Virus record (IMG/VR): IMGVR_UViG_3300044770_000090
Coordinates: 1-38,382 of that record
DNA length: 38,382 nucleotides
Reading direction: 5' to 3' (one strand)
Source: a virus
Taxonomy: Duplodnaviria; Caudoviricetes
The notes beneath the pieces are model-generated. The model was not told the origin of the DNA. It searched no databases and was given only the letters and a program-made list of their open reading frames with translations. Made by a program: the position numbers and the translations under genes. Each line of letters begins with the position of its first letter. The first letter of the stretch is position 1. This document shows, in pieces, positions 1 to 6,200 of the stretch.

Positions 1-86
1 CTCCTCCCCTTCCCGTAGATCCGCTCCGCCACGATCAGCGCGATGCACACGGCCAACACGATCATCGCGGCCGCGGCGACGGGCGG
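1..86. repeat. Terminal direct repeat, copy 1 (assembly overlap of a circular or circularly permuted genome)
   Basis: Positions 1-86 are identical to 38297-38382. Confidence 0.97.
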
Positions 87-134
87 AATGCACTGGACGA
101 ACGAGCAGGCGTCGCCGGTTGCGGGGATGCTCAA
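1..134 (-). CDS. Small single-TM membrane protein (48 aa) spanning the circular junction; stop TAA at 38284-38286
   Basis: Hand translation (L/M)SIPATGDACSFVQCIPPVAAAAMIVLAVCIALIVAERIYGKGRSTGS; TTG start preceded by GAGGAGG and overlapping the upstream TGA; hydrophobic stretch followed by basic residues. Confidence 0.6.
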   Translation of the reverse strand, partial: MSIPATGDACSFVQCIPPVAAAAMIVLAVCIALIVAERIYGKGR

Positions 135-262
135 TGGACCTCCTCGCGCGTGATCACGGTGACGTGATCGGGCGCCGCAATCCGGTGGACGTCTTCGAGC
201 GATTCCATGAACTCGCCCGAACCCTCAGCGTGCGCGCCGCAGTCGATGCAGCGGATGGTCAT
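131..262 (-). CDS. Small putative Zn-binding protein (43 aa)
   Basis: Hand translation MTIRCIDCGAHAEGSGEFMESLEDVHRIAAPDHVTVITREEVH; CxxC plus His residues; start and stop both overlap neighbouring ORFs. Confidence 0.55.
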   Translation of the reverse strand: MTIRCIDCGAHAEGSGEFMESLEDVHRIAAPDHVTVITREEVH

Positions 263-399
263 GACGGCTGGCTCCCGGCCGGCCGCATGCGCCGGAGAAT
301 CTCATCCACCTGGAGCCCGAGGACTCTCGCGTTGGCCGCCTCCATCTTCGCTGGCTCGCAGCCAAGGCGGCACGCAACATCCGTGATCAGGAGTTGCAT
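259..399 (-). CDS. Hypothetical small protein (~46 aa, start uncertain)
   Basis: MQLLITDVACRLGCEPAK...; its TGA overlaps the ATG of the next ORF. Confidence 0.35.
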   Translation of the reverse strand: MQLLITDVACRLGCEPAKMEAANARVLGLQVDEILRRMRPAGSQPS

Positions 400-845
400 C
401 GCCACTGTCCACAGTGCCCGAAAGCTGAAGCGAGCGCGCCCGCGTAACCGAACGCGCTCGCCCCCGCGCGCAGAGCGAGCCAGGCAGAACCTCCCGCCCT
501 GCGCAAAAGGGATCCGGCGGCGTCCGGACACTCGGGTTGCCTCGCGGGTCCCGCGTCCCGTTCCCCGTCGCCGCCGGAATTGGATTGACGCGCCCGCCCT
601 GGACGGTTGGGGGTGTTGAGGCGAGCGAGCGCGTCAAGAGACTCCAGCGGGCCACTCTCTCGCTCCGTCACGTGCTGAGCGTGCGCGGCGTTGCCGTCCG
701 CGCTGACCCGCTGGAAATGGAAACCCGCCCCGCCGGACGAGGCAATTGCGTTGCACTCCGATTGCGGTTGCGCCACTGTCAGAGTTGGGGCGGAGCCTTC
801 ATCGGCAGGGGGATGTACGGGGACCGGCGGGACGGGGGAAGTCAT
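387..845 (-). CDS. Hypothetical protein (weak; the region may be partly non-coding)
   Basis: ATGA overlap with the RHH gene stop; low-complexity product with no recognisable motif. Confidence 0.25.
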   Translation of the reverse strand: MTSPVPPVPVHPPADEGSAPTLTVAQPQSECNAIASSGGAGFHFQRVSADGNAAHAQHVTERESGPLESLDALARLNTPNRPGRARQSNSGGDGERDAGPARQPECPDAAGSLLRRAGGSAWLALRAGASAFGYAGALASAFGHCGQWRCNS

Positions 846-1063
846 GCGTTCCTAATCGTTGCGGCCCCGACCGCTAGACGCTGCTCTCTATACGCGCGCC
901 ACGCGAGGCGCAGCAGCATCGAGACGTTACCATCTGTCCATTCGTCCGCGTCGATCTTCATCAGGACCCAGTCCGTCTCGCTGACGCGGATGCTGCGACC
1001 CTCCATCATCGCGGCGGGGTCGCTGGCCGCCGCCTTTTTCTCGGGTTTCCTGTTGGCCTTCAT
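842..1063 (-). CDS. Ribbon-helix-helix (Arc/CopG/MetJ-like) transcription regulator, 73 aa
   Basis: RSIRV (beta strand) - SETDWVLMKIDA (helix A) - GN turn - VSMLLRLAWRAY (helix B); first gene after the promoter. Confidence 0.7.
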   Translation of the reverse strand: MKANRKPEKKAAASDPAAMMEGRSIRVSETDWVLMKIDADEWTDGNVSMLLRLAWRAYREQRLAVGAATIRNA

Positions 1064-1070
1064 GTCGGAC

Positions 1071-1099
1071 AATGTATTTACATGGTATACTCCAGTCAA
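1071..1099 (-). promoter_or_regulatory. Sigma70-like early promoter TTGACT-N17-TACATT; leaderless start of the RHH gene
   Basis: Near-consensus -35/-10 with a 17-nt spacer in the most AT-rich intergenic region; ATG follows 7 nt after the -10 with no Shine-Dalgarno. Confidence 0.75.
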
Positions 1100-1154
1100 G
1101 TGAGAAGATGTAAAATCTTCAACCGTAACAATCGGAATTGTTCCCCCCGGAACA
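1072..1154. promoter_or_regulatory. Cluster of short inverted repeats (candidate operators) in the divergent control region
   Basis: ATGTA-TT-TACAT (1072-1083), GAAGAT-N5-ATCTTC (1104-1120), AACAAT-N4-ATTGTT (1127-1142), TGTTCC-N4-GGAACA (1139-1154). Confidence 0.5.
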
Positions 1155-1172
1155 TCTCTAACGGAGGTAGAG

Positions 1173-1484
1173 ATGGTATCGACTAAGTGTAGATGCGGTA
1201 AGCCTCGTGCCAGATCTAGCCGGGTCTGCCTCGATTGCCACGCGGCCTACATGCGCCGCTGGCGCGTGACGCACCGTCTGAGCCTTCCCCAGAGGCGCAA
1301 GGCCAGTGCCCGCAGGATGGCCACCGTCTACCAATCACGAGGGGCGCTCGCCGCTGGCCCCTGTGAGGCGTGCGGGGCGCAGAAGGCCCAGAACCACCAT
1401 GAAGACTATTCGAAGCCGCTGGAGGTCCGCAGGCTTTGCAGGCCGTGCCATCTGGCGGTCCACGGAACGGCGAAGGCGGGCTGA
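1173..1484 (+). CDS. HNH-like Zn-binding endonuclease
   Basis: CEACG...HHEDYSKPLEV..LC..CH...H motif typical of phage HNH proteins; N-terminal CRCG...CLDC; RBS GGAGGT. Confidence 0.8.
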   Translation: MVSTKCRCGKPRARSSRVCLDCHAAYMRRWRVTHRLSLPQRRKASARRMATVYQSRGALAAGPCEACGAQKAQNHHEDYSKPLEVRRLCRPCHLAVHGTAKAG

Positions 1485-1492
1485 CTGAAGTA

Positions 1493-1549
1493 GCGCGGGC
1501 GGGCCGGAGGAGGGGGTATCTCCTTCTGGGGAGGTGCTCCCGCCCGCGC
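1493..1549. terminator. GC-rich hairpin between convergent genes (possible bidirectional terminator)
   Basis: GCGCGGGCGGG (1493-1503) pairs with CCCGCCCGCGC (1539-1549), with an inner stem; no clear U-tract. Confidence 0.45.
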
Positions 1550-1565
1550 CAGGGGATGCCGGGGG

Positions 1566-2381
1566 CTACGGACTCGCCTCCCCCGCCGTCGGGACGATGA
1601 GGAAGATCCTGCCAGCGGTGGAGTCCTCCACATCGATCCCGTCGTTGATGGGCGAGCCGTATTCGATCTCGGCCCCCATGCCGAAGTCCCGCGCCGGGGA
1701 GAAAAACAGCCGGATCCCCGCGGTGCACGAGACTCGCAGGAACTGCTCGGTCGTCTCCGTGTCCACCATCGCTGTGGTCTCGCTGCCCTCCACGGTCACA
1801 GGCGTCTGCCCTGTCACCTTGTCGGTCCAGACGCCTCCGATGCGGGCCCCGAGATACGCGCGCACGCGGGATGCCGGGTCCCCGTCGTCGGTGGAATTGT
1901 CCCCGAGGTTGAGCCGGCCGCCCACATCCACGCGGTAGGCGCCGATCTCGGTTGCGAGTCGTTCGAGGTTCACGTTGCCCGAGAACCGGCCCGAGCGCAG
2001 CGGCTTGTCCCACGCGAATCCGTAGGCCATGCCCGAGTCGTCCAGCTCGTCGGCGTCGTCTCCGTCCGCGTTGACGTTGGCCTGGCCGATCGCGATCTCC
2101 ACGGTGCTGTCGTCGGCGAGGACGGTAGACGATGCGCCACCACAGACGGCGCCGGCGAGGAGCAGAGGCACGAGCAGCGCCGGCAGCGGGATGCCGGTCT
2201 GCTGGTCGTTCTTGTAGAAGAACCGGTGCCCCATGCCGGCGAAGCTCGGCAGGAACGTCGCGATCAGGAAGTTGATCACGAGAGCCGGGATCTTCCAGTC
2301 CTCCGGGAGCGTGTCGGTGGCGATGACGCCAGCCGCCGCGCCCCCGTTTGCCAGGTGTAGCCAGTTCGACAGATTCTTCAT
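1566..2381 (-). CDS. Holin-like TM N-terminus + signal peptide + predicted 8-stranded outer-membrane beta-barrel (271 aa)
   Basis: RBS GAGGAGG; two N-terminal hydrophobic segments; third segment LPALLVPLLLAGAVC...VLA|DD; eight alternating amphipathic strands such as YRVDVGGRLNL, RAYLGARIG, VSCTAGIRLFF, FGMGAEIEY; last gene of the lysis block. Confidence 0.65.
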   Translation of the reverse strand: MKNLSNWLHLANGGAAAGVIATDTLPEDWKIPALVINFLIATFLPSFAGMGHRFFYKNDQQTGIPLPALLVPLLLAGAVCGGASSTVLADDSTVEIAIGQANVNADGDDADELDDSGMAYGFAWDKPLRSGRFSGNVNLERLATEIGAYRVDVGGRLNLGDNSTDDGDPASRVRAYLGARIGGVWTDKVTGQTPVTVEGSETTAMVDTETTEQFLRVSCTAGIRLFFSPARDFGMGAEIEYGSPINDGIDVEDSTAGRIFLIVPTAGEASP

Positions 2382-2416
2382 CACGATCCTCCTCACGATC
2401 CATTGCGTTAGGCGGT

Positions 2417-2530
2417 TCACTTCACGATCAGGCTTGCGAGCTTGTTGCCGAAGTACCACCCGAAGCCGAGGCACAGCCCGGCCAGCACGTAGCACGCCGC
2501 GGCCCAAAGACTCCAGATGTCCCCACACAT
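2417..2530 (-). CDS. Small membrane peptide (37 aa) in the lysis block
   Basis: MCGDIWSLWAAACYVLAGLCLGFGWYFGNKLASLIVK; RBS AAGGAGG; TGATG coupling. Confidence 0.65.
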   Translation of the reverse strand: MCGDIWSLWAAACYVLAGLCLGFGWYFGNKLASLIVK

Positions 2531-2769
2531 CACGGCACCTCCTTCGGTTCCTCTGCCTGCTGCTGGAGCTGTTCGTGGAAGCCCTCGTAGTACTCCGGGC
2601 TCTGGCCCGTGTAGACGACCCCGTTGCAGGTGTCGAGCGCGCCTTCCTTGCGGGCTATCACCTGCTGGTTGAAATGGTTCGTCGTGTACCAAGCGAGGAT
2701 CGCCGGCAGCGCCATCTTCACGAGATCGAGGATCCACTTGCGCCATTTGTCGCTTTCGGTCTCGCTCAT
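2530..2769 (-). CDS. Small membrane-anchored protein (79 aa) in the lysis block
   Basis: WILDLVKMALPAILAWY hydrophobic segment; coupled to both neighbours. Confidence 0.65.
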   Translation of the reverse strand: MSETESDKWRKWILDLVKMALPAILAWYTTNHFNQQVIARKEGALDTCNGVVYTGQSPEYYEGFHEQLQQQAEEPKEVP

Positions 2770-3086
2770 CGGCCCCTCAGTTCCTGCTGGCGCAGCCGCT
2801 CATCGAGCTTCTGGAGGTAGCCATTCAGGGCGGCGGTGTTCTCCTTGATGCTTGCGGAGAGATTCCCAATCTCGAAGCGCAGGCTGCGCAGCTCGTAGTC
2901 CCTGATGGCCTCGAGGGTGGCCTTGTTCTCGATGAGGGCCTTATCCTGGCGCTCGTTGTTGTCCGAGTTGATCAGGATCTGCCGGCCCATGTAGGTGAAC
3001 ACGACCACGATGAGAAAGCCGGCCAAGCCGACGAGTCCTCGCGCGATCAACGGCCAGCTCGGATAGTGCCCCTCGGGGCTGCTCAT
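2766..3086 (-). CDS. N-terminal TM + coiled-coil protein (holin- or i-spanin-like topology), 106 aa
   Basis: GLVGLAGFLIVVVFTYM TM followed by a heptad-rich tail; ATGA coupling. Confidence 0.65.
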   Translation of the reverse strand: MSSPEGHYPSWPLIARGLVGLAGFLIVVVFTYMGRQILINSDNNERQDKALIENKATLEAIRDYELRSLRFEIGNLSASIKENTAALNGYLQKLDERLRQQELRGR

Positions 3087-3523
3087 GCGAACTCCGGCTC
3101 TGGGATGACGATCCATTCGGGCGTGTCGCCCTTCTCGGGCTCCGTCGGTGTGCCGAACTTCAGCCCGCGCAGCGCGTACCACGCCCGGAAGCGACCCATG
3201 CCGTCGGCGATACAGATCCGCTGAAAGAGTTCATCGGCCTGCCGCTTGCACGGGTAGTAATCGAGCAGCCCCATCCGCAGGAGCTGATAGATCGCGTCGT
3301 GCACGAGCGAGCCGCGCATCGCGGTCTTCGTGTCGCGCATCGGACCGGACGGCCCGTCCCACATGTAGCCGCCTTCCTCGCCGCCGTCGATGATGAGCAC
3401 CCCGGCCATGTCGAGACGGATATAGGGCACGTCGATGATCGCGGAGGGGAGAATGTCGGTGGCGATGGTGTAGGTGGCCCCGAGCTGGTACTTCCATCGC
3501 GGCTTGATCTCGCGGTATCTCAC
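3083..3523 (-). CDS. DUF1353-family protein
   Basis: KYQL...GYMWDGPSGP..DT...MRGSLVHDAIYQL.R...AD..F...GM...RA motif. Confidence 0.8.
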   Translation of the reverse strand: MRYREIKPRWKYQLGATYTIATDILPSAIIDVPYIRLDMAGVLIIDGGEEGGYMWDGPSGPMRDTKTAMRGSLVHDAIYQLLRMGLLDYYPCKRQADELFQRICIADGMGRFRAWYALRGLKFGTPTEPEKGDTPEWIVIPEPEFA

Positions 3524-4044
3524 GCGGCGCCTCCGGGAAGCGCCGGGGTTGATGTCACGCCTGCAGGGAACGCCTTGCGCGAAAGTTCGACGTGAGGACC
3601 GTCGATCAGCGGCCCTTCGTCCGGGCCAGCGTTAGGGCGTGCCTTGTACCAGCGCACGCGGTACGCCTTCGCCTCGAAGTCCAGATCGCCGTGGATGTCG
3701 TTGAGCAGGCGGTCCCACACTCCGCCCCAAACAATCGGAACGCCCTGTTCTATCGCCGCCGTCCTGAACGCCGCCGCGATGAGCGGGTAGGGCGGCCAGT
3801 CCCAGCTAATCTTCCCGCCGACATAGGCCGCAAAGTCGATGGCGTGGCCTGTCAGGTGACGCCCATCCATCGTCCGCGATGCGCCCGAGGCTACCAGCGC
3901 GGCCTGCCGTATCTTCTGGCGTAGGCCCTCCGTGATGCCGAAGTCGATCTGCGAGATCACGATCGCCCGGCGCACCACGCGCACGAGGGGCTCCAGCACG
4001 CCGACGAGCCGCGACTCCGACGCTCCCCCGAGCTGGTAGATCAC
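3520..4044 (-). CDS. Endolysin, M15-family L-Ala-D-Glu peptidase
   Basis: DFGITEGLR...RQ..LVA.GASRTM..RHLTGHAIDF...WGG.W...DGPHVEL Zn-peptidase motifs. Confidence 0.9.
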   Translation of the reverse strand: MIYQLGGASESRLVGVLEPLVRVVRRAIVISQIDFGITEGLRQKIRQAALVASGASRTMDGRHLTGHAIDFAAYVGGKISWDWPPYPLIAAAFRTAAIEQGVPIVWGGVWDRLLNDIHGDLDFEAKAYRVRWYKARPNAGPDEGPLIDGPHVELSRKAFPAGVTSTPALPGGAA

Positions 4045-4454
4045 GGGTTCACCATCGCCGGGATCTCAGGGTGCATCGTGCGCAGCTGGCCGAGCATGCT
4101 GAAATCCTCTTGCGTCACGCAGTCCGACGCCGCAAACCCGCCCGCGCCGTCATCCCACACCGCCGAGACGCACCCGTAGATCAGGCGCCCGAGAGCCGGC
4201 TGGGGCGTGGTGCAAAGCACATCGCGCCAGGGGCCGTAGGTCTCGGAAAACAGGATCGTCCCCATCTCCAGCGCGGGTTCAATCCCCGACTGCAGCGGGC
4301 GGTACACCTCGCACAGGTAGCCGTCCCACGCCGACCCGGGAAAGGCCGTCGCTGGCGCGTCGAAGATGAAAAACGCCGCGTCCCCCGGCGCCGCCAACAG
4401 CAGCAGCAGGGAGAGTGCCGAGAGGACCTCGACGTTGACGGGGATGTTGATCAC
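4041..4454 (-). CDS. Exported protein with signal peptide and FN3/Ig-like beta domain
   Basis: LSALSLLLLLAAPGDA signal-like segment; F.FDAP...DGY...Y.CVSAV...S pattern; four Cys. Confidence 0.55.
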   Translation of the reverse strand: MINIPVNVEVLSALSLLLLLAAPGDAAFFIFDAPATAFPGSAWDGYLCEVYRPLQSGIEPALEMGTILFSETYGPWRDVLCTTPQPALGRLIYGCVSAVWDDGAGGFAASDCVTQEDFSMLGQLRTMHPEIPAMVNP

Positions 4455-4699
4455 TCGATGGGCCTCTGGTGGCGCAGGATGATCTCCGCCGCCAGCGCCA
4501 GCGCCGCACGCTCGTCGTCGGAAAACGTCTTGTCGTCGGCCTGCGCGGGCTCAAGACCGATCGTCATGAGATCCACACCTTCGGCGTTGAGGATCGGAAC
4601 GCGCACGCTGATGGTCGCGCGCATCGGATCGGCCTGCGTTGCGAGCTGGGTGATCGGGACATTCGTCTTGATCGGTTCGAGCAGCTTGACGAGGGACAT
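4451..4699 (-). CDS. Hypothetical protein, possibly a tail-fibre chaperone (82 aa)
   Basis: RBS AAGGAG; follows a fibre-like gene; coupled to the next ORF. Confidence 0.5.
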   Translation of the reverse strand: MSLVKLLEPIKTNVPITQLATQADPMRATISVRVPILNAEGVDLMTIGLEPAQADDKTFSDDERAALALAAEIILRHQRPIE

Positions 4700-4702
4700 G
4701 GG

Positions 4703-5446
4703 TCACGCGCTCCTTTTGACGCCGAAGATCGGGACGTTTATCGACCCGTCGTACTGCCAGGTGAGAGACGAGGGAGCCGGATCCGTGATGCCGGAGGCTG
4801 TGTCCTTGCGGGCCATGCAGATCGCGCCGGTCCAGGTGCTGTCCACGCCGTGCACCGGGGCTGCGTCCGTATACAGCAGCGCCTTGAGCGTCGGGGGGGT
4901 GGTGCAGTTGATCCAGAGCGCGCCCCAGTACATGCGCCCTTCGCGCAGCTGGATGTTGAGGCCGTTGATCTGCTTGAGCCCGGTGCTCGCGACCGTCAGG
5001 ACCCCGAGGGTGGACAGCAGCGTCCCCGGGATCAGGTCCTTGCCGCGCTTGGGGCCTTCGTCGTCTTCGTCGAGTCCGTAGTAGATGGCGAGGGTTGCCT
5101 CAGCAGCTCCGCCGCTTCCGGCGCTCGACACCCAGATCCCGGCGTCGGAGATCGTCCAGTCCTCCATCACCGTCGGCCACGGGATCAGATACAGCCGCTC
5201 GTGTGTGGTCGCCTGGATGTCGGTGAGCTCCCCGTAGCGTTTGTTGGGGATGATCCACGAAGTGGTCAGCTCGGTTGAGACCCCCACCACGTGGCGGAAC
5301 TTGTCGGAGCCCATCCCCTCGTGGTCCAGGCGCACGCGCACGCTCGACGGGTCGATCGTCTCGATGTGATTGTCCGGAGAGAGGTACACCTTCTTGCCGG
5401 TGCCGGGGACGGCGGGCAGAGAGGATCGCGCGGCGAGTTTCAGCAC
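4703..5446 (-). CDS. Putative tail fibre / receptor-binding virion protein (247 aa)
   Basis: Beta-rich Gly/Ser/Thr composition; located after tail-tip genes and downstream of its own late-promoter motif. Confidence 0.55.
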   Translation of the reverse strand: MLKLAARSSLPAVPGTGKKVYLSPDNHIETIDPSSVRVRLDHEGMGSDKFRHVVGVSTELTTSWIIPNKRYGELTDIQATTHERLYLIPWPTVMEDWTISDAGIWVSSAGSGGAAEATLAIYYGLDEDDEGPKRGKDLIPGTLLSTLGVLTVASTGLKQINGLNIQLREGRMYWGALWINCTTPPTLKALLYTDAAPVHGVDSTWTGAICMARKDTASGITDPAPSSLTWQYDGSINVPIFGVKRSA

Positions 5447-5502
5447 GAGGGCCCGCGCGTGTGTGAGGGGTGTCTATCCTGCGGCGGCAAGGGGAACCTG
5501 TC

Positions 5503-5551
5503 GTCGCAGCTCCGGGGAAGAGACTAGCCAGCGGGCGGGCTAGGGGTCAAT
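5503..5551 (-). promoter_or_regulatory. Late-promoter motif copy 1: TTGACC-N18-TAGTCT containing CTAG-N12-CTAG
   Basis: 5503-5528 (26 bp) and 5539-5551 (13 bp) are identical to 21455-21480 and 21491-21503. Confidence 0.8.
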
Positions 5552-6200
5552 ACTGGACAACCAGGCGCGCCAGGGTGTCATCCACCGACCCGACAAACGA
5601 CACGAAATCGGCGTACAGCGACAGCACGTCGCCGGCCTTGAAGGGCGTGAGCCCCTTGGCCTGCGAGACGTTGGAGTTCTTGATCCCGGTGGAGTTGATC
5701 GTCAGGCCGCAGGAGTAGGCGTTGGCGCCGTTTCGGCGCGCGCGGATCACGAAGCTGCCGGGGGATGTCGCCACGGTGCAGTTCAGCGCGAACGACAGCC
5801 CCACGATCCACCCGGGCCGATCCATCACGTAGCCGAGGTTCGCCTGCATCGCGAGCCCGGAGAACAGCAGGTATCCACTCGCCGAGATGACAGAGGAGTT
5901 CGACCCGATGAGAGAGTCCAGGCTCACGGGCGCCGGAACGTCTGGGGCTTCGACCTGATCGACGAAGTGGAGTTCCGAGGTCTCGGTGTCGAACGACAGC
6001 TCCGAGCCGTCCTCCATCACGAGCTCCCCGGCGCATAGCATCATGTAGTCGGCCGGGACGGTGAGGACCTCGCCGGCGCGCAGGATGTGCTTGATCATCT
6101 GCGCTTCGCGCGCGGCGACCACGTCGCCCGCCACGCGCGCTCTCTCCTCGCGGATCGCGTGAGCGTCGAGCGGAGTGTCCGGTGTACCACGATGCGCCAT
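5547..6200 (-). CDS. Putative tail fibre / receptor-binding protein with C-terminal jelly-roll-like head (217 aa)
   Basis: TGATG coupling; C-terminal beta-sandwich pattern (...G.IVGLSF.....F.I...RNG.....FKAGDVLSLY); position after tail-tip genes. Confidence 0.6.
   Translation of the reverse strand: MAHRGTPDTPLDAHAIREERARVAGDVVAAREAQMIKHILRAGEVLTVPADYMMLCAGELVMEDGSELSFDTETSELHFVDQVEAPDVPAPVSLDSLIGSNSSVISASGYLLFSGLAMQANLGYVMDRPGWIVGLSFALNCTVATSPGSFVIRARRNGANAYSCGLTINSTGIKNSNVSQAKGLTPFKAGDVLSLYADFVSFVGSVDDTLARLVVQY

Noticed and set aside
1-86. Terminal repeat as a biological DTR or att site
   Set aside because: It falls inside a small ORF and there is no integrase; an assembler overlap on a circular sequence is the simpler explanation
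2130-2190. Lipobox in LLLAGAVC of the holin/barrel protein
   Set aside because: GAVC does not fit L-(A/S)-(G/A)-C well; an SPase I site at VLA|DD fits better
4270-4295. GGGTTCAATCCCCG resembling a tRNA T-arm
   Set aside because: No matching acceptor, D or anticodon arms can be built, and it lies within a coupled CDS on the other strand
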